64,000 nucleotides of DNA from assembly GCA_963708045.1 (NCBI GenBank), contig OY970181.1:515740-579739 (forward strand), given 5' to 3'. The notes below the pieces were generated by a model. The model saw only the letters and a program-made list of their open reading frames with translations. It was not told where the DNA came from and ran no database searches. The stretch is from an uncultured bacterium (lineage in GTDB: Bacteria; Patescibacteriota; Patescibacteriia; CAIQCM01). Below are positions 50,332 to 59,794 of this stretch, piece by piece (position 1 is the first letter of the stretch; the number at the start of each line of letters is the position of its first letter). A program made the position numbers and the translations under genes.

Positions 50332-52347
50332 ATGCAGTTTAGAGAAATAAAAAACTGGAAAATAAAAACCGGCCCGTTTGTGATGGTCGGGGTAATTGTT
50401 TTTAGTATCTTTTTTTCTTTAATAAAACCCAACGTTGCTTTGGCTCATCCCGACTTGGGTTTGCATGCGGCCTCAATCGTGTGGTTAGACGAAACGCATA
50501 TTCGCGTTACCTACGATTGGTCAACTGCTGATCAAGTCTCGGATTGGGTGACAACAATCGGCGGGGCTATTACTTGGAATTCTGGAAGTTCAACCGTTTC
50601 AGTTGGTGGAGGGTGGGGAGATATACGAGGTATGCAGTGGGTGCGCCCAATTGCGGCCTCGTCGGTCACGGCTCATGCTAAATCTGCGCCGACTTATTTT
50701 ATAAATATGTATACCAATCTTCCGTCTGATTGGTATACAAATCCAAGATGGGATCCAACCCCAGGGCTTGGCACAATCTATTATGACCACCCGCGACAAT
50801 TAGTTGTAAACGGTGTTTCTTATATCGATGAAGCAAGTTGGGATGTTGGTTTGCTTGAGCGAAGTACTTGGTATGATTTTTTATTCACTGCAAGTCCGTC
50901 AGTAATTACAACATGGTCTAGTGTAGCAAATACGGGTGGGGCAACATTCAGCAAGACCGGGTCTTATGATTTAAGCACCGATGGTCGCGTGGGTGTGGGT
51001 GCTTATGGAGTTTCACCAACCGAATGGGGGACGATCGTCATTGAAGGCGAAATTTCATTACCGTCATACACCCTTACCTATACTGCCGGTGCGAACGGTT
51101 CAATTACTGGTTCCTCGCCACAAACGGTTCATCAAAATTTTGACGGCACGCAAGTTACTGCTACTCCTGCCGCGAATTACCACTTCACGAGCTGGTCCGA
51201 CAGTGTCCTTACCGCCGCGCGCACTGATTTGAATGTAGTGGGAGATATAACGGTCACCGCCAACTTTGCGATTGACACCCACACCCTCACCTACACCGCC
51301 GGCGCAAATGGTTCAGTTACCGGTACTAATCCGCAAACCATTAATCACGGCTCCGACGGTACCGCCGTCACCGCCGTTCCCAACTCGGGTTATCGCTTTG
51401 TTGATTGGTCGGATACTTCAATAATAAACCCGCGCACGGACACGAATGTGACAACCAATCTGGCTGTGACGGCTAACTTTATGGCAAACAGACGCCCTCC
51501 AAGCAGCAGTGGCTCATCGGTAGTTCTTTCGCCATCAATCACAATCCGCACACCGGCGAGCGGCGTATCATATAATGCCGACGCAATCGTTGGCCTTGAT
51601 TGGTCATCGGCCAATGGCGCCTTTACTAAATACAAAATTTATTACTCATCGGATAATGGCACAACTTATTCGGCGATTGGCGAAACAACCTCAACTTCGT
51701 TAAGTTGGACTGTTCCCGACGTCGGCACAACGCAAGGAAAAATAAAAGTTGAAGGTTATGATGCCGCGAGAACTCTGCTTGCTTCGGCAACTTCAAACGG
51801 AAACTTTGTCGTGGTCGGCGATGCAATACTGGAATCAGAAGAGGGAACACAACCAACCACAACACCGCCTGTCACCGACTCAACCGCGACCGGAACTTAT
51901 TCTCCCACTGAAGCGCTGGAAAATACTCCCGACATCAATACCGACATGAACCTCACGCTAGTCGCGCCATCACTCTGCACCTCAGGCTCACTCATTAAAG
52001 GTTCGCTTTCTTCAGTTTATTACTGCGGCGCTAATGGCAAGCGTTATGTCTTTGTGAACGACCGCGCTTACTTTAGCTGGTACCAAGACTTCTCAACCAT
52101 TAAAACTATTTCCGACGCCGACCTCGCCTTAATCCCGCTCGGGGGCAACATTACTTATCGTCCCGGCTCCCGAATGATCAAAATCCAATCCGACCCCAGA
52201 GTCTACGTTATTTCTCGTGGCGGCATCTTGCGCTGGGTTAGCTCCGAAGCCATCGCCGCCGCACTCTATGGCGCGAACTGGGCAACAATGATTGACGATG
52301 TCTCTGATGCCTTTTTTGTAAATTATACAGTTGGCGCGCCGATTTAG
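50332..52347 (+). CDS. surface protein: N-terminal beta domain, two InlB-B/Flg_new-like repeats, Ig domain, CPR-type C-terminal repeat domain
   Basis: Signal peptide; (Y/H)TLTYTAGANGS..ANF x2; GSLIKGSLSSVYY..GKRYVF / MIKIQSDPRVY..LRWV. Confidence 0.75.
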   Translation: MQFREIKNWKIKTGPFVMVGVIVFSIFFSLIKPNVALAHPDLGLHAASIVWLDETHIRVTYDWSTADQVSDWVTTIGGAITWNSGSSTVSVGGGWGDIRGMQWVRPIAASSVTAHAKSAPTYFINMYTNLPSDWYTNPRWDPTPGLGTIYYDHPRQLVVNGVSYIDEASWDVGLLERSTWYDFLFTASPSVITTWSSVANTGGATFSKTGSYDLSTDGRVGVGAYGVSPTEWGTIVIEGEISLPSYTLTYTAGANGSITGSSPQTVHQNFDGTQVTATPAANYHFTSWSDSVLTAARTDLNVVGDITVTANFAIDTHTLTYTAGANGSVTGTNPQTINHGSDGTAVTAVPNSGYRFVDWSDTSIINPRTDTNVTTNLAVTANFMANRRPPSSSGSSVVLSPSITIRTPASGVSYNADAIVGLDWSSANGAFTKYKIYYSSDNGTTYSAIGETTSTSLSWTVPDVGTTQGKIKVEGYDAARTLLASATSNGNFVVVGDAILESEEGTQPTTTPPVTDSTATGTYSPTEALENTPDINTDMNLTLVAPSLCTSGSLIKGSLSSVYYCGANGKRYVFVNDRAYFSWYQDFSTIKTISDADLALIPLGGNITYRPGSRMIKIQSDPRVYVISRGGILRWVSSEAIAAALYGANWATMIDDVSDAFFVNYTVGAPI

Positions 52348-52455
52348 CCGAACTGTTAACTTTTAACCTTTAACTTTTAGTTAGAAAATATCTCCGTCAC
52401 ATCGGAGATATTTTAATTCGCCAAAAGTTAAAAGTTAACAGTTAAAAGTTAGTTA
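52347..52455. repeat. inverted heptamer arrays (TAACTTT)n ... (AAAGTTA)n around a terminator
   Basis: Central AAAATATCTCCG..CGGAGATATTTT; GCCGAACTGTTAAC is the reverse complement of 7159-7172. Confidence 0.85.
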
Positions 52456-52484
52456 AAATTTGCATCTATGCTACAATTTAATAA

Positions 52485-53042
52485 ATGCTGACCGAACTTG
52501 CGAATGAAAAAGAGTTGGCTGAACGGGCGACGAAAGACGGTGACGCTTTTGCCGCGCTTTACGATTTTTATTTTCCAAAAATTTGGGCGTACACGATTAG
52601 GCGCGTCGGACACACGGAAACGGCTGAAGATATTGTTTCACAAATATTTTTAAAAATTACCGAAGCTTTGCCGCGCCGAAAAAATAACGCGCCCTTTGGC
52701 GCTTGGGTTTTTCGGATCGCTACAAATACAATCATTGATCATTATCGGGCAAGTGGTCGGCACCGTGAAGAAGAAATCGTTGCCGCGGAAAATATTCCCG
52801 AACGCGGTTTAGCTCCTGACGAATTTTCCGAGGCTAGGCTCGTGTTTAGAGAAATAGAAACAATCCTCGGCGAACTTCCCGAGCGCGACCGACGCATTGT
52901 TCACCTTAAATTTTTTGCCGGCTTAAGTAACGGTGAAATCGCCGTAACGGAAAAAACTAAAGAGGGGAATATAGCAATAATTGTTCATCGGGCGCTTCAA
53001 AAAATACGTAAACAGAGCAAATTTTATGGAAAACTTGAATAA
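52485..53042 (+). CDS. ECF-family RNA polymerase sigma factor
   Basis: DAFAALYDFY, AEDIVSQIFLK, FGAWVFRIATNTIIDHYR (region 2); LPERDRRIVHLKFFAGLSNGEIA (region 4). Confidence 0.95.
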   Translation: MLTELANEKELAERATKDGDAFAALYDFYFPKIWAYTIRRVGHTETAEDIVSQIFLKITEALPRRKNNAPFGAWVFRIATNTIIDHYRASGRHREEEIVAAENIPERGLAPDEFSEARLVFREIETILGELPERDRRIVHLKFFAGLSNGEIAVTEKTKEGNIAIIVHRALQKIRKQSKFYGKLE

Positions 53043-56000
53043 TCAAGACGAAAAAAACTTAAATAGCGAAGAGGTAAAGCGTAATGAAAACACTGGCGGA
53101 GCGTTGGAAGAGATGGAGAGCAAAATCTCCATGCTTATCAACCATAATAATACGGACGCCTCAGACAAATTCCGCGAATCGTTAAAAACGCGGGTACTTG
53201 AGGCGCACGCCAAAAATAATATGCCTCGTTTTTCCGGCTTTAAGAATTTGATCGGATTTTTTTCCGCTCGCCGCTTTTCGTTTGCCATAACGATCGTTCT
53301 CTTGCTCGCGGTCGTCGGCGGTGTTTTGCTTAATGGTTATTTTGGCGGACGCGAACGGAGTATTGCTAAAATTTTTATTAATCCCGCCTACGCCGCCGAC
53401 GACTTTTCACTTGTCTCGCTTGCGGCTGATTCCGCCGGTGTTACTCCCGATTCGGTCTACAAACTCACAAGCAAAGAATCGTTTTCCACGGCCGACATTA
53501 AAGCTGGACTAAGTCTGACGCCAACGATGGAGGTCGGTGTCAAACAAACAGCGGATAAAGAATGGATGATTACGCCGAGTGAAAAATTGCCAGCCAATTC
53601 GCTTTTAAAAATTGCCCTTGCCGCGGCAATAAACGACAACGGAACAATCACGACGCGCGATTTTTCTTGGGCGTTTCAAGTTAAAGATCATTTCCGCGTT
53701 CTTAATTCGCTTCCTGGGAACGCGGCAACCTCGGTCCCGGTGAATACGGGTATAGAAGTAACTTTTAGCCATCCAAACTTAAATGGCTATGAAAAATATT
53801 TTGCCATTAGTCCCGAAGTTAAAGGACGTTTTGAATATCACGCCCGCACCGCCGTTTTTGTGCCAACCGAACCACTCAAGGCTGGTGAGCTTTATACGGT
53901 GACCATTGGCGCTGATCTGGTACTAACCGAATCCACCGAAAAATTGGGCGAAGATTATAAATTTAGTTTTGAAACGGCTAAAGAAACCAAAGACGCTGGC
54001 GGTTATGAAAATTGGTTTGGCGTTAATGAAAAAATGGTGCAATTCAGTTCCGACGAAAGTCCGTTCATTGGTGTTTATGGCGACACCAAGGCGCAAACCA
54101 CGGCTAATGTATATTCGTTTTCTTCGGCCGACGCTTTTCTTGCGGGTATAAATGAACGCAATAAATATCCGCGCTGGACGGAAAAATGGAATAATTATCA
54201 CTATGATGTTTCGGGGCTTGCCAAAGTCACGTCGTTTACGCCAAAAATTGAAACGCAAAATTACGCCAACTTCTTTGTTTTCCCGTCAAAATTGCCGATT
54301 GGTTTTTATCTCACCGAAGTCGCGTATCAAAACAAAACTTTCCAAGTCTGGATGCAGGTGAATGATTTAAACGTTTTTTACAACATTGATATTAACCACA
54401 CGCTGGTTTGGGTAAACCGGATTGGTGGCGTTTCGCCGGCTACCGAGGCGACGGTTTCGGTCGGTGATTTGGTACAAAATGTAAAAACGGACGCTAGTGG
54501 CGTGGCAACGTTTGATATTCCGGCGGCGTATCAAGATGCCAAAAGCAAATATGCCGACCAGCCGCTTTATCTAATTGTTCGCGCGGGCGCCTCAACGATG
54601 ATTACTGATTTTTATCCCGGCGGGAAAACAGCCGCCAGTCGTTGGTCATATTTTTATACCGACCGCCCGCGCTATCAATCAACCGATACGATTCATTTTT
54701 TTGCGATGACTCGGGATCGCGCGAGCGGCATCGCCTCGCCCGGAAAATACTCGGTAATTCTCCGCAAATCCGGTTGGTACGATTATTATTACAACCCGGT
54801 AAAAATTGTTGAAACCGAAGTTGCGCCGGACGCCTACGGCACAATGACGGGCGCGCTTTCGCTTGCCGATTTGCGCCCCGACTACTATGAAGTCGCGCTT
54901 ACGCTTGACGGCGAAACAATTGCGACAAGCTGGGTAAATGTTCTCCCTTATACCAAACCGGCCTACTCAATTTCGGTAACTAACGACCGCGCCGCGGCCT
55001 TCTCGGGCGAACAGATAAATTTTACCGCGACGGCGAAATTTTTTGACGACACGCCGGCCGCCGGAATTAAAATGAAGGTCGTAGACGAATTAGGGATAAA
55101 GATTGGCTCTTTCACGACCGACGAACAAGGACAAATAACTTTTTCTTCAACCCAAGATTACGACGGAACAAAATATTGGCCGCAATGGAAGTATTTTACC
55201 GTTAGTCCAGAGTCGTCGGAGCTTGGCGACATTAGCGGCTCGGCAAACGGCGCTTGGTACGGTCCGCGCGTTTACGGAACAAGCGAAGTTAAGTATCCGG
55301 AAAAAGGCCGCGCCGAATTAAAGATCAAAGTTCGTAACGTTGATATTAACAAAATTAATTTCCCAAATAACGTGCAATGGGATGAAGATTGGCAAGGGTC
55401 GGATCCGGCTGCGGGCATAAATATTTCTGGCGAAGTAATAAAGATTACTTACAACAAGGTTGAAACTGGTACAGCTTATGACTTCATCAACAAAACGTCT
55501 TATAAAACTTATCGTTACGATCGGGTGGAAACAAAAGTTGACACGCTTTCGCTTGTAACTGGCGCGGACGGTATGGCGCGTTACAGTCGCGCGGTTGAAC
55601 CGAACACTTTTTACAACATAAATTATAAAATCAGCGACGCGGCGCATCGCACCGAAGCGCACAACGACGGCTTCTATTATTATGACGGCAATACTTATTA
55701 TCGCGATTATTTCTCTTACGGGGAAAATGCGCAACCGACAATTGAATTTAACACGAGCGACCGTCTGTATTCGCTCGGCGACAAGGTTAAAGCGACGCTT
55801 TCGCTTAACGCTAAGCCGGTTTCCATGGCGCAAACTGACCGCATTCTTTTTGCCAAATACCAAAACGGTCTAAAGAGCTTTGTGGTGCAAGGGAGCCCAG
55901 TTTATGAATTTAATTTTTCCGAAAGCGATGTTCCTAACGTTCAGCTTTTTGCCGCCTGGTGGGATGGAAAAAATTATCACACGGCGCGAACCGACGGCTG

Positions 56001-58620
56001 GTGGGGGATGAGCGACGGCGGCGCGAAATATAAATATACTGATCGCGAACTCACGATTGACGCCGCTTTTGATAAAACGACGTATGCGCCAGGGAGCGAC
56101 GCTAAATTTTCAGTAACGGTTAAAGACAAGAATGGTCGTCCGGTCGCCGCCGCTCTAAATCTTAATTTGGTTGACGAAGCGTATTACGCGATTGCGAATA
56201 GCTCGGCAAATCCGCTCCAAAGCATCTACACGCCGCAATATTCGGGAATCATTGATTCGGCGGAAACGCAAGAACCGCCGCCTTCGGCCACGGCCGGCGG
56301 TGCGGAACGTGGTGGCTGTTTTGCCCCTGGCACGATGATTACGATGGCTGATGGTAGCAAAAAGGCGATTGAAAAAGTTAAAGTTGGCGACAAGGTGGCG
56401 ACACTCGCGAATCCGCTTAACGCCGATGTTGTAACAGGAACAGTTGGCGCGGTTTTTGAGCATACCGCGAATAAAATGATTTCCGTTAACAACGGACTTC
56501 TCAAGGCTACACCCGAACATATGATCTATGCGAGCGGCACTTTTAAAACCGCTGGCGAAATTGCGGTTGGAGATGTACTCCTTGGACTTAACGGGAAAAA
56601 GACGGTTGTCACTTCGGTTAAAGTTGTTTTTGAAAAAATTTCCGTCTACAATTTGCGTGTTGATCCATATCACACCTTTATTGCAAACGGTATCTATGTT
56701 CACAATGACAAGGACGGCGCCGTGCGTCAGAACTTTGTTGATGTCGCGCTTTTTCGCACGGTCACAACCGATAGCGCAGGCAAAGCGACAGTTGACTTTA
56801 AGTTGCCGGATAACGTTACTTCTTGGCGGCTTACGACACAGGCGATTGGTGCTAATCTTTCAGTCGGAATGTCCACACAAAAAATAAAAACCACCTTGCC
56901 GGCTTTTGTTGACGTTACCATTGGTAAGGATTATCTCGTAGGCGATCAGGTTGTTGCTAAACTGCGTTCGTTTGGTACGAACCTTACAGCCACGGACGCG
57001 GTTTCTTACGCTGTTACTTCGGAAGGGCTTGGCAACGCCTCATTTTCTTTTGCAACCGAAGGCAAAGCGTACCGTCCGACCGAAGTTAATCTGCCACCGC
57101 TCACATCGGGAAATTTCAACGTTACCTATTCAATGAAAAGCCAAAAAGGAAATGACGCCGTGCTTTTGCCGCTAAACGTTTCCAAGTCGTTTTTGCGGAT
57201 CAATAAAATCCTTTCATCCACTGATGTTTCGCCCGGGGTAAAGTTTTCTGCGCCTGGCGCAACTGACTCCGTAAAAATTACTTTTGCCGACGCGAGTTCA
57301 ATGAAATTATATCGGCCGCTTTCGGAACTTAGCTGGAGTTGGGGAAAACGCGTTGACCAAACGCTCGCGCATTCGCTTGCCGCCGATTTGCTTCTTAAAT
57401 ACTTTAAAGAAGATTGGCACGAAAATACTTTTGACGGCAGCGCGTATCAGCAAGCTGATGGCGGCATCGCGATTTTGCCTTACGGTTCTTCGGATATGGA
57501 TCTTTCGGCGCGTCTCGCGGCTTTAGCGCCGGAAAAATTTAGCGTCTCGGCGTTACGTCAATATTTTATGGCGGAAATTGATTCCAAGAATGCGACGCCC
57601 GAGACGGTGACTAACGCGCTTTTGGGTTTGGCGTCGCTCGGTGATCCGGTTTTGCCGCGGTTAGAGCTCTGGAAAGATAGAACTGATCTGACAATAGAAA
57701 GCCGCATGCGCGTTGCTCTCGCTCTTTACAAGGTCGGCGCGAACGAAGATGCGCGGATGATTTATAACGATGTGCTAAAGAGCGGCGAAAGTCGCGGTGC
57801 GTATTATCTCTTGTCCGGCAAAGACGAGAACGAAACATTACTGCGCACGGCCTTTTTGGGCGAACTTGCGGCCGCGCTTAATATGCCGGAACGCGACGCG
57901 CTCTGGGCTTACGTTACTGATCATAAATATGATAAAAAAATTGAAGTCCTGACCAACCTTGAAGATTTGTCGTTTGTTATGTTGGCTATCCCAACACTTA
58001 CGCCCGGTCCCTCTAAAGTCGCTTACGAACTTAAGGGAATGAAAAATGAAATTGATCTGAATGGCTGGGGTCAAAAAGTAATCAGACTTCAGGCGTCGGA
58101 ACTTGATAAATTGAACATCACCTCGGTGGAAGGAAAAATCAGCGCGGCGGTTTCTGCGGATGCTTCTATCACCGAAGTTGATCTGGTCGCGAACAAGGAC
58201 GTTTCCATTACCCGATCATATTCGGTGGTCGGCGGCGCCGATAATACAACCGACTTTAAGGACAATGATATTATTCGTGTGACGATTGACGTAAAAATTT
58301 CGCGCAATTCGCCGAGTCGTAATTATCAGGTGACGGACATTCTTCCGGCTGGCTTAATTTCGGCGACAAATGTTTATGACGCGTATCGTCCTTATGACAA
58401 CTATTGGAGCAACCCGTTTGATGTAAACGGCCAGCTTGTTTCCTTTAATGTTTGGAAGTACGGCGATCCGGATAAATATGGAAATTATTCGGAGACGATT
58501 CATTATTACGCCCGAGTAAAAACAAAAGGCAGTTACAAGGCCGAGCCGGCGATTATTCAGGCCTTTTCTGACCCAGGAACGATTAATTATTCTTCGGCTG
58601 GAATCGTAACCGTTAAATGA
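53026..58620 (+). CDS. membrane-anchored alpha-2-macroglobulin-family protein with Ig-like (Big_5) domains and an internal Hint domain
   Basis: About 83-aa N-terminal region + TM; YFYTDRPRYQSTDTIHF (MG2), YTKPAY, LVDEAYY, VRQNF..FKLPDNVTSWRLT, VTDILPAGL, YYARV..GSYKAEPA. Confidence 0.92.
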   Translation: MENLNNQDEKNLNSEEVKRNENTGGALEEMESKISMLINHNNTDASDKFRESLKTRVLEAHAKNNMPRFSGFKNLIGFFSARRFSFAITIVLLLAVVGGVLLNGYFGGRERSIAKIFINPAYAADDFSLVSLAADSAGVTPDSVYKLTSKESFSTADIKAGLSLTPTMEVGVKQTADKEWMITPSEKLPANSLLKIALAAAINDNGTITTRDFSWAFQVKDHFRVLNSLPGNAATSVPVNTGIEVTFSHPNLNGYEKYFAISPEVKGRFEYHARTAVFVPTEPLKAGELYTVTIGADLVLTESTEKLGEDYKFSFETAKETKDAGGYENWFGVNEKMVQFSSDESPFIGVYGDTKAQTTANVYSFSSADAFLAGINERNKYPRWTEKWNNYHYDVSGLAKVTSFTPKIETQNYANFFVFPSKLPIGFYLTEVAYQNKTFQVWMQVNDLNVFYNIDINHTLVWVNRIGGVSPATEATVSVGDLVQNVKTDASGVATFDIPAAYQDAKSKYADQPLYLIVRAGASTMITDFYPGGKTAASRWSYFYTDRPRYQSTDTIHFFAMTRDRASGIASPGKYSVILRKSGWYDYYYNPVKIVETEVAPDAYGTMTGALSLADLRPDYYEVALTLDGETIATSWVNVLPYTKPAYSISVTNDRAAAFSGEQINFTATAKFFDDTPAAGIKMKVVDELGIKIGSFTTDEQGQITFSSTQDYDGTKYWPQWKYFTVSPESSELGDISGSANGAWYGPRVYGTSEVKYPEKGRAELKIKVRNVDINKINFPNNVQWDEDWQGSDPAAGINISGEVIKITYNKVETGTAYDFINKTSYKTYRYDRVETKVDTLSLVTGADGMARYSRAVEPNTFYNINYKISDAAHRTEAHNDGFYYYDGNTYYRDYFSYGENAQPTIEFNTSDRLYSLGDKVKATLSLNAKPVSMAQTDRILFAKYQNGLKSFVVQGSPVYEFNFSESDVPNVQLFAAWWDGKNYHTARTDGWWGMSDGGAKYKYTDRELTIDAAFDKTTYAPGSDAKFSVTVKDKNGRPVAAALNLNLVDEAYYAIANSSANPLQSIYTPQYSGIIDSAETQEPPPSATAGGAERGGCFAPGTMITMADGSKKAIEKVKVGDKVATLANPLNADVVTGTVGAVFEHTANKMISVNNGLLKATPEHMIYASGTFKTAGEIAVGDVLLGLNGKKTVVTSVKVVFEKISVYNLRVDPYHTFIANGIYVHNDKDGAVRQNFVDVALFRTVTTDSAGKATVDFKLPDNVTSWRLTTQAIGANLSVGMSTQKIKTTLPAFVDVTIGKDYLVGDQVVAKLRSFGTNLTATDAVSYAVTSEGLGNASFSFATEGKAYRPTEVNLPPLTSGNFNVTYSMKSQKGNDAVLLPLNVSKSFLRINKILSSTDVSPGVKFSAPGATDSVKITFADASSMKLYRPLSELSWSWGKRVDQTLAHSLAADLLLKYFKEDWHENTFDGSAYQQADGGIAILPYGSSDMDLSARLAALAPEKFSVSALRQYFMAEIDSKNATPETVTNALLGLASLGDPVLPRLELWKDRTDLTIESRMRVALALYKVGANEDARMIYNDVLKSGESRGAYYLLSGKDENETLLRTAFLGELAAALNMPERDALWAYVTDHKYDKKIEVLTNLEDLSFVMLAIPTLTPGPSKVAYELKGMKNEIDLNGWGQKVIRLQASELDKLNITSVEGKISAAVSADASITEVDLVANKDVSITRSYSVVGGADNTTDFKDNDIIRVTIDVKISRNSPSRNYQVTDILPAGLISATNVYDAYRPYDNYWSNPFDVNGQLVSFNVWKYGDPDKYGNYSETIHYYARVKTKGSYKAEPAIIQAFSDPGTINYSSAGIVTVK
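56317..56706 (+). other. Hint (intein-like/BIL) domain, 130 aa, no homing endonuclease
   Basis: C1 CFAPGTMITMADG, IEKVKVGDKV, block B TPEH, block F VYNLRV..HTFIANG, terminal VHN followed by Asp. Confidence 0.92.
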
Positions 58621-59513
58621 CAAAGAAAAGAACAATAATTTTGTTTTTTGCCGCCGTCGCTTTTTTTGCGGCGGCGGCTTTGGGATTTTTGTTTTTTAAA
58701 AAAACAGAACAACCAATAATGCAAACGGCAAAAAATAATTATCAACGCATTCCGATTCTGGATATTTTTTACGATAAGGAAAATTTTGTTAATGCCGAGG
58801 CAATGGCCAAAGACACAAAGACCGAAGTTGGCGTAAAAGCCGTGGTCGTGCCGCACCACCTGCTCGCATCGCGCCTTGTTGCCGATGCCCTTGCGCGCGC
58901 CAAGGGGAGTAATTATTCGCGGATTGTGATTGTGGGGCCGAATCACGACGACCGCGGCGCTGATGTTGTTACTTCGTCGGCGATTGAATACGATACGCCG
59001 GTCGGCGTGGTTTTGCCCGACGAAGAAAAAATAAATTTGTTTAGAACAGCTTTTGCTTGCCGCGCGGGCAGTGACGTATTTTTAGGTGAACATTCCATTG
59101 GTGCCATCGTGCCGTTTGTGGCCGAAGCGTTTCCAAACGTAAAAATAATTCCCATCATTATTTCGTCACACGCGGGTGACCTTGATGCTCGTAAACTCGC
59201 AGATTGGCTTCGTCGTCTTCCGGCAGATACGCTTGTGATTTTTTCCGTTGATTTTTCTCACTATAAGACCGAGGCAGAGGCCGATGTTTATGACCAAGAA
59301 ACTGCGTCCGCGCTTATGAGTCGTGACAATTCTAAAATTGAAGGCTGGGGGAATGAACACATTGACTCGCCGTTTACAATCGCGACGATGTTGCTTTATG
59401 CCGAAAAAATCGGCGCCAATATCAACATTGTCGCCAACAAAAACGCCAACGATTTTCTGTCACAAAAAGTAGATTCAACAACGAGCTATTTTGAGATAGT
59501 GGCGAGCAGATAA
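58617..59513 (+). CDS. MEMO1/AmmeMemoRadiSam protein B family with N-terminal TM
   Basis: VVPHH, IVGPNH, EHSIG, SVDFSHY, TTSY; ATGA overlap with the upstream gene. Confidence 0.88.
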   Translation: MTKKRTIILFFAAVAFFAAAALGFLFFKKTEQPIMQTAKNNYQRIPILDIFYDKENFVNAEAMAKDTKTEVGVKAVVVPHHLLASRLVADALARAKGSNYSRIVIVGPNHDDRGADVVTSSAIEYDTPVGVVLPDEEKINLFRTAFACRAGSDVFLGEHSIGAIVPFVAEAFPNVKIIPIIISSHAGDLDARKLADWLRRLPADTLVIFSVDFSHYKTEAEADVYDQETASALMSRDNSKIEGWGNEHIDSPFTIATMLLYAEKIGANINIVANKNANDFLSQKVDSTTSYFEIVASR

Positions 59514-59595
59514 TGGACCATGTACCACGCACCATGAACCACACTAATGAGTAGTTATTGGTTTATGGTACATGGTTCATGTTTTATGGTTCATG
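59513..59595. repeat. inverted heptamer arrays with GAGTAGTTATTGG core
   Basis: ATGGACC ATGTACC ACGCACC ATGAACC ... GGTTTAT GGTACAT GGTTCAT. Confidence 0.85.
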
Positions 59596-59607
59596 ACAAA
59601 ACGCATC

Positions 59608-59794
59608 TTGCCCCAAAACAGGTTTTATAGTAAGATCATTGAATCGCCAAAAAGAGCGATTTTTTATTCAATAAATCCGTCAAATGACGGAAAAATTCCC
59701 CGCCGAATGGCGGGGCAAGCAGGCGTTGCGTCCGATGGCCTTCTCCGCGTAAGCGGGGTGCAAACGCCGGTGTTAAAAAGGTCAGACAAAAACT
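59608..59794 (+). promoter_or_regulatory. rpsB promoter and structured 5' leader (probable S2 autoregulation)
   Basis: TTGCCC-17-TAAGAT; hairpins TCCGTCA/TGACGGA, CCCCGCC/GGCGGGG, GGCGTTGC..GCAAACGCC. Confidence 0.6.

Noticed and set aside
56317-56706. Canonical mobile intein
   Set aside because: No endonuclease domain, +1 residue is Asp rather than C/S/T, and the host is an extracellular protein
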